Assembly: GCA_021777565.1 (NCBI GenBank)
Contig: JAJYDJ010000001.1
Location: 160,142 to 224,141, forward strand
Direction of reading: 5' to 3'
Origin: a bacterium
GTDB taxonomy: Bacteria; Patescibacteriota; Microgenomatia; Levybacterales; UBA12049
DNA: 64,000 nucleotides
Of the stretch, positions 19,231-29,316 are shown in pieces. Made by a program: the position numbers and the translations under genes. Position 1 is the stretch's first letter; each line of letters starts with the position of its first letter. A model generated the notes under the pieces. That model saw only the letters and a list, made by a program, of their open reading frames with translations, had not been told where the DNA came from and did not search any database.

Positions 19231-20337
19231 ATGCAAGACTACACGTTTACTTCAGAATCTGTTTGTAGCGGACACCCCGATAAAGTGTGTGATCAAATAA
19301 GTGATGGTATCGTCGATGCAGTCCTTTCAAAAGATCCTCGTGGGAGGGTTGCGATGGAAGCACTCGTTACTGAAAATAAGATTGTACTCGCAGGAGAAGT
19401 GACGACTTCTGCAAAAGTTGATTTTGAAGCTATCACTAGGCAAGTTATAAAAGACCTAGACTATACTGATTCTCGATTTCGATTTACTCATGAATCTTCT
19501 CTGGACATGTATATCCACGAGCAGTCTCCTGAAATTGCTGCTGGCGTAGATGAAGAAGGAGCTGGAGATCAAGGGATGATGTTTGGGTATGCGTGTCATG
19601 AAACACCTGAGCTGATGCCATTACCAATCACACTTGCTCATCGTATGGCGCAGAAAATTGACGATGTAAGAAAATCTAAAGTCATTGCATATCTTCGCCC
19701 TGATGGGAAGACACAGGTGAGTGTACGATATGAGAATGGAAAGCCTGTCGCTATTACATCGGTTGTCATTGCTGTCCCTCATGAGGAAGAGAAGCAATTA
19801 AAAGAAGTACGCAATAGCTTGTATAGAGAAGTTGTCAGTCCTGTTTTGGCCGCGTATGGTTTTACATTCCCAGAGGATCAAGTCATTGTGAATGGAACAG
19901 GCATTTGGCACATTGGCGGACCGGCCAGTGATACAGGACTTACAGGGCGTAAAATTGTTGTGGATGGCTATGGTGGGTATGCCAGGGTAGGTGGGGGTGC
20001 TTTTTCTGGGAAAGACCCAACAAAGGTTGATCGATCAGGGGCGTATGCTGCACGATTTCTGGCAAAAAATATTGTTGCAAAAGGGTTAGCAGAGAGAGCT
20101 GAAGTGAGACTAGCTTACTTTATCGGAGCAAAAAAACCGTTGATGCAAGACGTTGAAACATTCGGAACAGAAAAAGTCTTGAGAGAACATATTCAAAAGT
20201 TCATGCATGAGATTTTAGATACATCAGTCGCTGGTATCCTCAAAACGTTGAATTTACGAACACCTATCTATAAAAATACTGCTGCCTATGGGCATTTCGG
20301 TCGGAGTGAGTTCCCGTGGGAAAAAATTGTGGCATGA
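19231..20337 (+). CDS. metK: S-adenosylmethionine synthetase
   Basis: SESVCSGHPDKVCDQISD, GAGDQGMMFGYA and GGGAFSGKDPTKVDRS motifs. Confidence 0.95.
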   Translation: MQDYTFTSESVCSGHPDKVCDQISDGIVDAVLSKDPRGRVAMEALVTENKIVLAGEVTTSAKVDFEAITRQVIKDLDYTDSRFRFTHESSLDMYIHEQSPEIAAGVDEEGAGDQGMMFGYACHETPELMPLPITLAHRMAQKIDDVRKSKVIAYLRPDGKTQVSVRYENGKPVAITSVVIAVPHEEEKQLKEVRNSLYREVVSPVLAAYGFTFPEDQVIVNGTGIWHIGGPASDTGLTGRKIVVDGYGGYARVGGGAFSGKDPTKVDRSGAYAARFLAKNIVAKGLAERAEVRLAYFIGAKKPLMQDVETFGTEKVLREHIQKFMHEILDTSVAGILKTLNLRTPIYKNTAAYGHFGRSEFPWEKIVA

Positions 20338-20380
20338 TCACTTCAGTATCTTAAAAGATAATCTTTGCTATACTAGGGGC

Positions 20381-21523
20381 ATGCGACGAGTGCTTCTGAT
20401 CATTGGTTTATTTATCTCTTCACTCTTTAGTTTTTCTCCAAGTGCACATGCTCAAAGTATGCAAAATCTCCAGGATTTTTTCATGAAAGGCACCATTGTT
20501 TCTTCTCAACAGGAGACGGGGAGTAGTCTTGGTGGTTCGCAAGTACCAACGGACTTAGAAGTAAAAGTACTTGATGGCCCACTGCAAGGCAAAACCGTGG
20601 CAGTACAGTATCTCTTTGACCAAAACGGCTCGATGGGGAGTATGGGGGTAGGGACAACGATTATTCTGGAAGCCAAAACTGATCCAACGACAGGAAGTTT
20701 GCAATATGGTGTCTATGAACAGTATCGACTTGATTGGGTATGGGTAGTACTCGGAGCATTTTTGATCGTCATTGTGGGTATCGCGAGGTGGCGTGGACTG
20801 GGATCGGTGGCTGGGCTTCTGGTTAGTCTTGGCATTATCGGTGGATATATCGTGCCACAGATTATTAATGGTGCTGATCCACTGCAAACTTGTCTAGTTG
20901 GTTCTGGCATCATTCTTCTCATTACAACCTATATTGCCCATGGTATCTCGCTTCGAACCACCCTTGCTGTTGTATCCACTGGTATTGTTCTTGTTCTGGC
21001 TGTGGGATTAGCGCAGCTTGTTGTACATCTACTGCAATTGTCTGGGATTGGTAATGAAGAAATATATAATCTACAGGTTGGGATGACGCATTCGATCAAT
21101 CCTCAAGGGCTTTTCCTTGGTGGGCTTCTGATCGGTACACTTGGTGCCCTCAATGACATCACGACCACCCAGGTTATTACCGTCTTTACCCTTATTGATG
21201 AGAAAGCAGGCAAGTCAGTAGGGGAGCTCTTTAAAAAAGGTATGGCAATTGGTCAGGAGCATATTGCCTCACTCATCAATACACTTGTCCTTGCCTACGC
21301 TGGGACATCCCTTGGTGTCTTTATTTTCTTTGGCCTGAACCCCATGCACTTGCCTTGGTGGGTACTCATGAATAATGAGGGTACCGTCGAGGAAATCGTG
21401 CGAAGTGTGGTTGGCAGTATCGCTTTGATTTTGGTAGTTCCTGTGAGCACATGGCTGGCTGCCTGGATTGGGCTGCAAGGTACACGACTCAAAGATTTCT
21501 TCCCAGAGCCCAAGAAAGGGTAG
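20381..21523 (+). CDS. YibE/F-family integral membrane protein
   Basis: Signal peptide, soluble ~90-aa domain, then about 8 TM helices with Gly-rich segments; start placed at MRRVLL, preceded by TGCTATACT. Confidence 0.5.
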   Translation: MRRVLLIIGLFISSLFSFSPSAHAQSMQNLQDFFMKGTIVSSQQETGSSLGGSQVPTDLEVKVLDGPLQGKTVAVQYLFDQNGSMGSMGVGTTIILEAKTDPTTGSLQYGVYEQYRLDWVWVVLGAFLIVIVGIARWRGLGSVAGLLVSLGIIGGYIVPQIINGADPLQTCLVGSGIILLITTYIAHGISLRTTLAVVSTGIVLVLAVGLAQLVVHLLQLSGIGNEEIYNLQVGMTHSINPQGLFLGGLLIGTLGALNDITTTQVITVFTLIDEKAGKSVGELFKKGMAIGQEHIASLINTLVLAYAGTSLGVFIFFGLNPMHLPWWVLMNNEGTVEEIVRSVVGSIALILVVPVSTWLAAWIGLQGTRLKDFFPEPKKG

Positions 21524-21541
21524 TTTTTTTCTAAAATTTCC

Positions 21542-21549
21542 TGTATAAT
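21542..21549 (+). promoter_or_regulatory. extended -10 promoter for rpsB-tsf-frr
   Basis: TGTATAAT about 100 nt upstream of the rpsB start; the leader contains a GCC-TACGGCGA-GGC hairpin. Confidence 0.4.
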
Positions 21550-21646
21550 ACCTCTATCACACACATTCAGTACTAAATCCTGACTGATGACAGTTCAGAC
21601 TGAATGGAGGAGTCCCGCCTACGGCGAGGCGAAGAAGGATTTAATT

Positions 21647-22507
21647 ATGAAAGCAATTACACTTGAAGAACTGCTTGAGGCCGGATGCCATTTTGGGCAC
21701 CAGGTTGGCCGTCAAAATCCAAAAGCACGAGACTATGTCTTCGAAGCTCGCGATGGAGTCCACATTATTGATCTTGCCTTGACCAAAGAAGGTCTTGAAA
21801 AGGCAGCCGAATATATTAAACAAGTGGCTTCAGAAGATGGAACACTTTTGATCGTTGGATCAAAAAGACAAGCTGTTCCTGTTTTGACAGAGAAACTCCA
21901 AACACTTCGCAGTGCACTTCAGGAAAAAGGAGTCAGTGATAATCTCTACACCGTAACCGCTCGTTGGATTGGTGGAACATTGACCAATTCTGAGCAGATG
22001 ATCAAAAACTACAAGAGACTTGAAGACTTGACTGAAAAGCTTCAGGATGAAGTAGTAAAAGCCCGCTACACCAAGAAAGAACTTGGTCTCATGGAAAAAC
22101 AGCGCGGAAAGTTGAACACATTCTACTCAGGTCTTTTAGGTATGACCACCAAACCAACAGCTATCTTTGTTATCGACACACATTTTGAAGAACTTGCAGT
22201 CAAAGAAGCAAAGAAAATGGGTGTTCCTGTAGTTGGAATTGTTGATACCAATGCTGATCCAGATCCAGTTGACTATGTTATCCCAGCTAACGATGATGCC
22301 GCAGGAAGTTTGGAACTTTTGATTGGCTACATCTTGGATGCATGGCAAGAAGGTCGCACCGGGGTTGAAGCAAAAAAAGCAGCCAAGAGTAAAAAAGAAG
22401 CAGCAGTTGAAGAAGAAATCAAAGAAGAAGAAAAAACTGAAGAGAAAAAAGCAGAAAAACCTGCAAAGAAAACTACTACAAAGAAAGCAAAAAAGGAGGA
22501 TAAATAA
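21647..22507 (+). CDS. rpsB: 30S ribosomal protein S2 with Lys/Glu-rich C-terminal extension
   Basis: MKAITLEELLEAGCHFGHQ..., FVIDTHFEELAVKEAKKMGVPVVGIVDTNADPD; AAGAAGGA SD. The track start at 21587 is judged too long. Confidence 0.9.
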   Translation: MKAITLEELLEAGCHFGHQVGRQNPKARDYVFEARDGVHIIDLALTKEGLEKAAEYIKQVASEDGTLLIVGSKRQAVPVLTEKLQTLRSALQEKGVSDNLYTVTARWIGGTLTNSEQMIKNYKRLEDLTEKLQDEVVKARYTKKELGLMEKQRGKLNTFYSGLLGMTTKPTAIFVIDTHFEELAVKEAKKMGVPVVGIVDTNADPDPVDYVIPANDDAAGSLELLIGYILDAWQEGRTGVEAKKAAKSKKEAAVEEEIKEEEKTEEKKAEKPAKKTTTKKAKKEDK

Positions 22508-22509
22508 TC

Positions 22510-22962
22510 GTGGCATTTGATCTTACCATGTTGAAAAAACTTCGTGAGGAAACAGAAGCTTCTATTGCAGATTGCCGCATGGCGCTTGAAGAGACTGATG
22601 GTGACTACCAAAAAGCCCTTGAATGGATCAAAAAGCGAGCAGTCGCAAAAGCCGAGAAGAAAGCAGATCGTGAAGCAGGACAGGGAATTGTCGAGGCATA
22701 CATTCATGGAAATGGCAAAATTGGTGTTTTGGTACAACTTCTGTGCGAGACTGATTTCGTAGCCCGAACTGATGACTTCAAGAACTTGGCTCATGACATC
22801 GCACTGCAAATTGCTGCCATGAACCCTGAAAATGTCGAAGAACTTCTCAAACAAGAATTTATTAAAGATACTTCAGTGACGATTGAACAGAAAATCAAGC
22901 AAGTCATTGGCAAACTGGGTGAGAATATCATCTTGAAAGGTTTTGCCAGACTTGATATATAA
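22510..22962 (+). CDS. tsf: elongation factor Ts (minimal, 150 aa)
   Basis: MAFDLTMLKKLREETEASIADCRMALEETDGDYQKALEWIKKR is the EF-Ts N-terminal UBA-like domain; GTG start with AAGGAGG SD. Confidence 0.85.
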   Translation: MAFDLTMLKKLREETEASIADCRMALEETDGDYQKALEWIKKRAVAKAEKKADREAGQGIVEAYIHGNGKIGVLVQLLCETDFVARTDDFKNLAHDIALQIAAMNPENVEELLKQEFIKDTSVTIEQKIKQVIGKLGENIILKGFARLDI

Positions 22963-22969
22963 TATTAGT

Positions 22970-23521
22970 ATGGATCCACTTCTTCAGGAAACTTCTCAGT
23001 CCATGGACAAAGCAATTTCTTTCTTGCAACAAGACCTTGCCACGGTTCGTACAGGACGTGCAACTCCAAGTTTGGTTGAAGGATTGGTCATCAGTGTCTA
23101 TGGGGGCAGTACCAAAATGAAGCTCATGGAGCTTGCTACCACAGTAGCGTCTGATGCTCAGACCTTGATGATAACCCCATTTGACCCATCAATTCTTGAT
23201 GAAATCCAAAAAGGTATCATGGAAGCCAACACAGGACTGACACCAAGTAGTGACGGACATGTTCTTCGTATCGCGATCCCTGCTCTTTCTGAAGAGAGAC
23301 GACAGGAGTTGGTGAAGTTGATGCATCAAAAATTGGAAAATGCTCGTATTATGGTCCGCCAGGCAAGACAAGATGGACTGCAAGATGTAAAGAAAAATGA
23401 AGACTTGTCAGAAGATGATGTTAAACGACTTGAAAAAGATATCCAAAGACTCACCGATGAACATATTGCTACCATTGATGGACTTGGCAAAGCCAAAGAG
23501 TCAGAACTGATGCAGCTGTAA
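22970..23521 (+). CDS. frr: ribosome recycling factor
   Basis: DKAISFLQQDLATVRTGRATPSLVEGL...DGHVLRIAIPALSEERRQELVK; follows tsf directly with no pyrH. Confidence 0.9.
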   Translation: MDPLLQETSQSMDKAISFLQQDLATVRTGRATPSLVEGLVISVYGGSTKMKLMELATTVASDAQTLMITPFDPSILDEIQKGIMEANTGLTPSSDGHVLRIAIPALSEERRQELVKLMHQKLENARIMVRQARQDGLQDVKKNEDLSEDDVKRLEKDIQRLTDEHIATIDGLGKAKESELMQL

Positions 23522-23563
23522 TTTCCCCTCGGGTCTTCCTGTTTTTTTCAGTAGAAGTATAGT

Positions 23564-24688
23564 ATGATGATTCATATGATCGTGAGTATTCTTGCGTTTT
23601 TTCTGGTGCTTTCTATTCTTGTCCTGATTCATGAAGCTGGACATTTTTTCACAGCAAAAAAATTTGGCATAAAGGTGGAAGAATTTGGTTTTGGTTTTCC
23701 TCCAAAGTTGTTTGGCAAAAAATATGGTGAGACAGAATACACTATCAACGCACTTCCAATTGGTGGCTTTGTCAAACTCTATGGTGAGGATGAGGCTGGT
23801 GCCGGCAGAGTTGATCTGTCTGGTAAAAAACATGAAGTAAAAGGTGATATCAAGCGTGCATTTTATGCGAGACCTGCCTGGCAGCGATTCTTGGTCGTTG
23901 TCGCAGGAGTTGTGATGAATTTTCTTCTGGCAGTCGTGATTTTGACGTATCTATACGCAGTCCCTGGAGTTCCAACACCTGGGGAGACCGTCATCGTGAC
24001 CAATATCATGAAGGGTTCTCCTGCAGAGAAAGCACATGTGCAGGTAGGGGACATCATCTCAGGTGTGGATCAGCTGCCAGTGCATAGCACCAGTGAACTG
24101 GTTTCATATGTAAAAGCGCATGCAGGCCGCTCAGTTACCTTGCATGTCACGACACCAAATGGTCAAAAAAGTGATATCAGTGTCACCCCACGAAGTGTGA
24201 CACCTAAAAATCAAGGGGCACTGGGTGTTGAGATCGCAGTAAAGCTTGTCATGAAACGCTATCCATGGTATCAAGCACCTTTTGTCGGTGTGAAAGAGAC
24301 ACTTATCCAGTCATGGCAAATACTCGCAGGTATCGGACAAGTGATTGCTCAAGTTGTTACGACGGGGAGTGTACCAGCAGGCGTTGCCGGACCAGTTGGC
24401 CTTGCACGTATAACGGGGGATGTCGTCAGGTCAGGTTTTGATGCGACACTAGCGCTGCTTGCCGCATTGTCACTTAATCTTGCGATTCTTAACATTTTGC
24501 CAATTCCGGCTCTGGATGGCGGAAGGTTCTTCTTCATTCTGATCGAGATGATTACCAGAAAAAAAGTAAATCAAAAGTTTGAAACATATGCCCATACGAT
24601 TGGTATGGCGCTGCTTCTTGGGCTGATTATTCTCATTACGATTCATGACGTTTTGGGGATTATTCATAACACTCCTGTTCTTCCATAG
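23564..24688 (+). CDS. rseP: RIP metalloprotease RseP (M50 site-2 protease)
   Basis: HEAGHFF zinc motif in TM1, PDZ domain, LNILPIPALDGGR motif. Confidence 0.85.
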   Translation: MMIHMIVSILAFFLVLSILVLIHEAGHFFTAKKFGIKVEEFGFGFPPKLFGKKYGETEYTINALPIGGFVKLYGEDEAGAGRVDLSGKKHEVKGDIKRAFYARPAWQRFLVVVAGVVMNFLLAVVILTYLYAVPGVPTPGETVIVTNIMKGSPAEKAHVQVGDIISGVDQLPVHSTSELVSYVKAHAGRSVTLHVTTPNGQKSDISVTPRSVTPKNQGALGVEIAVKLVMKRYPWYQAPFVGVKETLIQSWQILAGIGQVIAQVVTTGSVPAGVAGPVGLARITGDVVRSGFDATLALLAALSLNLAILNILPIPALDGGRFFFILIEMITRKKVNQKFETYAHTIGMALLLGLIILITIHDVLGIIHNTPVLP

Positions 24689-24729
24689 CTTTACATCTCC
24701 TGTCTTGCGTCATACAATGAAACAAGAAT

Positions 24730-26442
24730 ATGAAAAAACTTGCCATATCGATCTGGCAACACAAATGGACGCTTCTTTTTTATGCTGTCATGGCAGCAGT
24801 TTTCCTCATCAATACGCTCCACACCAGTTATCCTGACGAGTTTGATAATATTTCCGGTGGATGGTTTATCTTGCATGGCAAGCTTATTTACACGGGATGG
24901 TTTACTCACCATGGGCCATTCCCATACTATCTGGCAGCACTGCTTGAAATTTTTAGCGGGGACTCTTTTGTACGATTCCGACTCATGTATGCAGTCGCGA
25001 TGCTGGCATACTTTATTGGGATATCATATCTTTTGAAAGGAAGAGTCAGCGAGCTCTCCCAGAAACTTTTTCTTGTCTTTACGGCTGTTTTTGGTATTGC
25101 AGCGACGTACTATTGGGCACACATGCTCCTTGCCGACAATGTCGCGGCATTGACTTTTGTCCCGGTATTTATTGTTATCATTGATAAACTTTTCACCAAA
25201 AAGCCCTTTACTCTTAACGATATCTTGTTTCTCTCAATTCTGATGGCATGTGGATTTTATGCCTCTCTTGCCTATATTTATGTGCTTGCATTTTTTGCCG
25301 TCGTTATATTGGGGAACTACTATTGGACTGAAAAGAAGAAACTACATGGAGTGCTCGCATGGCTTAAACCGCTGGTTATGTTTGCCATTCCACATCTCGT
25401 ATTTGGGCTCTATTTAGTGCTGACGGGGAGCGTGTCAGCATATTATCATGACGCCTGGGTCTTCAATGAAAAATACTATATTTTTAATTACCCACGTCCT
25501 GAAGGGGCAGGAATAAATCCAGTCCGCTACAGCATCATGATCGTTCATAACTTTATGATTAGTTTCCAGACCGTGCTTATTGGTGTGAAGTACTTTGACT
25601 TTGGATCACCTATGAATATTACGCTTGCTCTTGGAGACGCGGCCGTCTTTATCTATCTTTTGATGAAAAGAAAATTCTTTCTCGCTGGCTTTGTCTTGCT
25701 TACCTTGGCGCTCACAACCCCACGCAGTGACTTGTCCAAGTCTCAAGAAACAGATTATCAGGCAGCGATGTATATTCTTTTTTCATATTGGAATATTTTG
25801 TGGGTACTTCGTCAAAGCGCTCAGTCTCTGAAAGAAGAGGCAAGTGCCGCTCTCAAAGTGGTCAGTGGATTTTTGCTCCTATTGGTTGGCGTATATAGTA
25901 TCTTTGCAGGGTTATATTTGTTCAATGGATTTTTCACCAAAGCATATCTGAAATATATGGGGACTTCGCCCCTTATTTATGACAGGCCTTCCGCTGCACC
26001 AGTCATCAACACAGTGATTGGGCCAAATGACTATATGTGGATCGGTCCATTTGCTTTTGAAGACCTCTTTTATGCTCATGGGAAGTTCCCATCTATGTAT
26101 CAAATTCTGATCCCGGGTATGGCGCATGATCCACAGATTCGTGCTCGGGTCCTGGCTGATTTTGAAAAAAATCCACCGAAAGTCATGATTTTTGATAGGC
26201 ACTTTGTGGTCCTTGGTAACGACGTTGGTCAGTATGGATCATTCTTGATAGACTTCTTTGATAAAAATTATGTAACGCCCCTTGCGTACCATGATGGCAA
26301 CACCGTCTATCGATCTGTTGCTCCTATTGAGGTAGGTAAACTTGATCTTGAGACACAGCTATATGTTCGAAATGATGTTGTGCAGGAGGTACTCCCAAAA
26401 CTTGTTGATGCAGGGTATCTTAAGAGAGTAACCGTAAAGTAA
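24730..26442 (+). CDS. polytopic membrane protein, GT-C-fold glycosyltransferase-like
   Basis: About 11 TM helices; first extracytoplasmic loop has YPDEFDNISGG (DE motif) at the same position as the PMT_2-like paralog at 56026; C-terminal soluble domain. Confidence 0.4.
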   Translation: MKKLAISIWQHKWTLLFYAVMAAVFLINTLHTSYPDEFDNISGGWFILHGKLIYTGWFTHHGPFPYYLAALLEIFSGDSFVRFRLMYAVAMLAYFIGISYLLKGRVSELSQKLFLVFTAVFGIAATYYWAHMLLADNVAALTFVPVFIVIIDKLFTKKPFTLNDILFLSILMACGFYASLAYIYVLAFFAVVILGNYYWTEKKKLHGVLAWLKPLVMFAIPHLVFGLYLVLTGSVSAYYHDAWVFNEKYYIFNYPRPEGAGINPVRYSIMIVHNFMISFQTVLIGVKYFDFGSPMNITLALGDAAVFIYLLMKRKFFLAGFVLLTLALTTPRSDLSKSQETDYQAAMYILFSYWNILWVLRQSAQSLKEEASAALKVVSGFLLLLVGVYSIFAGLYLFNGFFTKAYLKYMGTSPLIYDRPSAAPVINTVIGPNDYMWIGPFAFEDLFYAHGKFPSMYQILIPGMAHDPQIRARVLADFEKNPPKVMIFDRHFVVLGNDVGQYGSFLIDFFDKNYVTPLAYHDGNTVYRSVAPIEVGKLDLETQLYVRNDVVQEVLPKLVDAGYLKRVTVK

Positions 26443-26446
26443 TACC

Positions 26447-27127
26447 ATGAAAGTTCAGTATATACAGTCGACAGATATTGCGACCATTTCAAACACCATT
26501 ACGTCTTCACTTGATCCCCAGACAGCGCTGTTTCTCTCAGGTGGCAGTACGCCAAAATCTCTCTATAGTTATTGGGCAGCCAATGGATTTTTACTGCCAG
26601 GGGCAGTGGCACTGGTTGATGAAAGATACGGGACAAAATGGCACGAAAAAAGTAATGAGTTGATGATCAGAGATACCGGCCTGGTGAAGTATTTAGAAGA
26701 GCACAATGTTGGGTGGTATCCTATCTTGCAGGATGAAAATTTATCTCTTCTCGAGACAGCAGCGCACTATCATGAGACGGTAGAGAGTTTATTTAGCTTG
26801 TATCAAAAGAAAATTGCGATTATGGGTATTGGGACTGATGCCCATACGGCAGGTATTGCGCCGCTTCTTGGAAAATTGCAGAATTTTGTCGCGTCCTATG
26901 ACCGTCGTGATTTATATGACAAAGGATTTGGCCCACGTGTCACACTGACGTTTGACGCACTGAAACATATGGATCATTTCTTTATTCTTGCCTTCGGAAC
27001 AGAGAAAGCACGTCCACTTGCCCAAATGATGACCGAGGGGTCGCTGGATGAAATTCCTGCGCGATTTTTCACACTTCCTGAGATTACAGAACACGTGACT
27101 CTTCTCACAGATCAAGTAATTGAGTAA
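26447..27127 (+). CDS. pgl: 6-phosphogluconolactonase
   Basis: LSGGSTP and VDERYG motifs of the DevB/Pgl family; adjacent to zwf. Confidence 0.8.
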   Translation: MKVQYIQSTDIATISNTITSSLDPQTALFLSGGSTPKSLYSYWAANGFLLPGAVALVDERYGTKWHEKSNELMIRDTGLVKYLEEHNVGWYPILQDENLSLLETAAHYHETVESLFSLYQKKIAIMGIGTDAHTAGIAPLLGKLQNFVASYDRRDLYDKGFGPRVTLTFDALKHMDHFFILAFGTEKARPLAQMMTEGSLDEIPARFFTLPEITEHVTLLTDQVIE

Positions 27128-27150
27128 GTGATTCGTGATACAATGCTCCT

Positions 27151-28521
27151 ATGCAACAGGTAACACTCGTTATTTTTGGCGGGACAGGTGATCTAGCACA
27201 ACATAAATTATTTCCAGCACTGCATACGTTATTTCTGCAAGGTAAACTCCCAGAGGATTTTTTGATCTTTGGCTTCTCACGACGCGCCATGACCGATCAA
27301 GAGTATCAGGAATTAATAAAAGAGAGTATCCCGAGTGCCAGTGAAGCATTTCTCTCGCACGTTGCCTATCAGCAAGGTGAATTTAATACCCCCGATGGGT
27401 ATGAGCTGCTTCATCAAACAATGACCAAGCTGCCTGGTACTCACATTTTCTATTTAGCCACGCCACCTGAACACTACGAATCCATCCTTACAGCCTTATG
27501 TGATCATGGTGTTTGTAACGGCGAGTCTCGTATCGCAATCGAGAAGCCTTTTGGGAAAGACTTAGAGAGTGCACAGGCGCTAGATAATCGTCTCGCAGAG
27601 ATGTTTCATGAACAGCAGATTTTTCGTGTGGATCACTATCTTGGGAAAGAGGTATTACAAAATATTCTTTATTTTCGTTTTGCCAATACTATCTTTGAAC
27701 CGATCTGGACTTCAGAATATATTGATAACGTTCAGCTCACTTTTTTTGAAGATAAGACAATTCATGGGCGAGGAAAATTTTTCGATGGGGTAGGAATGCT
27801 TCGGGATGTCGGGCAAAATCATCTCATGCAAATGCTTGCCGCAGTAGTGATGGAGCAACCGGCAAGCTTTACCAAGGAAGATGTCAGAAGTAAGCGTGCT
27901 GAAGCGATAGAAGCACTAACACCTATTACTGATATAGCCCACGGAGTCGTACGTGGTCAGTATGAGGGATACCTTGAAGAGAAGGATGTCCTGCCTGATT
28001 CACAGACAGAGACGCTCGTTGGTTTGAAATTCTTTGTCAATACGCCACGATTTACTGGTGTACCTTTCTATATGCGTGCTGGCAAAGCCATGGCACGTCC
28101 TGAGGTCAGTATCTCAATCGTCTTTAAACAAACCTGCCATATTCTCTTCAAAGAAATTGGGTGTCCGGAGATTGGGAATGTTCTGACATTTCGTATTCAG
28201 CCCCATGAAGGGATATCGCTTCGCACCATCACCAAAACTCCAGGGACTAAGCCAGGTCTTGAATCTGTTGATCTGCACTTTTCTTATAAAGAGGCCTATG
28301 GCAATGCAGGAAGTGATGCATATGAGAAAGTATTGCTGGATGTTATTACAGGAGATCAAATGTTGTTTAACCGATCTGATGAGATGGTTGCTTCCTGGAA
28401 GTTTATTACTGACATTATGAAAGGCTTGGGGAGCGTGCCACTGCAGAGCTATGACAAGGGGAGTGAAGAAATCCCTGCGCTCACTGAGCTTATAGAAAGG
28501 GATGGCAGGAAATGGCTTTAG
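27151..28521 (+). CDS. zwf: glucose-6-phosphate 1-dehydrogenase
   Basis: IFGGTGDLAQHKLFPAL NADP-binding and RVDHYLGKE active-site motifs. Confidence 0.92.
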   Translation: MQQVTLVIFGGTGDLAQHKLFPALHTLFLQGKLPEDFLIFGFSRRAMTDQEYQELIKESIPSASEAFLSHVAYQQGEFNTPDGYELLHQTMTKLPGTHIFYLATPPEHYESILTALCDHGVCNGESRIAIEKPFGKDLESAQALDNRLAEMFHEQQIFRVDHYLGKEVLQNILYFRFANTIFEPIWTSEYIDNVQLTFFEDKTIHGRGKFFDGVGMLRDVGQNHLMQMLAAVVMEQPASFTKEDVRSKRAEAIEALTPITDIAHGVVRGQYEGYLEEKDVLPDSQTETLVGLKFFVNTPRFTGVPFYMRAGKAMARPEVSISIVFKQTCHILFKEIGCPEIGNVLTFRIQPHEGISLRTITKTPGTKPGLESVDLHFSYKEAYGNAGSDAYEKVLLDVITGDQMLFNRSDEMVASWKFITDIMKGLGSVPLQSYDKGSEEIPALTELIERDGRKWL

Positions 28522-29309
28522 AGGAAGAAAAAGTATTTCTCGTTAATACTGAGGGCAAAAAGTTGTGTGGATTATTTCATGAGCCCAAAAAATCCAACGG
28601 CACCTGCGTTATTCTTTGTCATGGCATAACCTCTAATAAAGACGAATGTGGCGTATTTATTGATGTTGCGAACGAACTAGCAGAAAGAGGATTTAGTACC
28701 TTTCGTTTTGACTTTACTGCACATGGGGAATCTGAAGGAGAGAGTAAAGAGGTTACGCTTTATACCTTTGTTCGTGATATCGAGTCAGTAGTCCATTTTC
28801 TCAAAGAAGAAAAACATGCCACCTCACTTGCAACCCTAAGTGCAAGCTTTGCTGGTGCTCCAACGCTTCTGTATGCGGGTGAAAATCCTGACCTTTTCCA
28901 AGCAATTGTTCTCTGGAATCCACGTCTGGATTTTGAAACACTCTTTCACCCCATCACTGAAATGGGCAAGAAAAATTGGGGGCAGCAGGTTATCGATAAT
29001 GCCTCCAAGACGGGCTTTCATGAGATCCAGGGAGATGAGGGGTCATTTTTTATCAGTCAGAAATTTGTGGAAGATATGCAAAAATATACTCCCTGGCAGA
29101 TGCTTGATCGCATCGCCTCCCCAGTACTTATTGTGCATGGGGATGCAGACACCTTTGTGCCTTACAGTGACAGTGTGAAATATAGCAAGATGTTTGACCT
29201 GCCACTCGTCACGATTAGTGGGGGAGAGCATGGATTTATTGATAACTACACGCATGAATTGCAGGCAACACATGCAACTATAGATTTTTTTCAAAAATAT
29301 CTGGTATAA
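28512..29309 (+). CDS. alpha/beta-fold hydrolase
   Basis: VILCHGITSNKDE, nucleophile elbow LSASFAG, His near the C-terminus (GGEHGF). Confidence 0.55.
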   Translation: MALEEEKVFLVNTEGKKLCGLFHEPKKSNGTCVILCHGITSNKDECGVFIDVANELAERGFSTFRFDFTAHGESEGESKEVTLYTFVRDIESVVHFLKEEKHATSLATLSASFAGAPTLLYAGENPDLFQAIVLWNPRLDFETLFHPITEMGKKNWGQQVIDNASKTGFHEIQGDEGSFFISQKFVEDMQKYTPWQMLDRIASPVLIVHGDADTFVPYSDSVKYSKMFDLPLVTISGGEHGFIDNYTHELQATHATIDFFQKYLV

Positions 29310-29316
29310 AGATACT

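Noticed and set aside
20288-20380. Track start of the YibE/F ORF at 20288 and of S2 at 21587, TGase-like at 60729, ybaB at 37473
   Set aside because: These upstream extensions overlap preceding genes or the SD. Internal Met starts with better spacing to promoter and SD elements were preferred.
22136-22854. Minus-strand poly-Phe/Cys ORFs and + strand poly-Lys ORF at the rpsB 3' end
   Set aside because: Antisense or out-of-frame readings of the Lys/Glu-rich S2 tail, whose DNA is a low-complexity AAG/GAA repeat. Not CRISPR and not independent genes.
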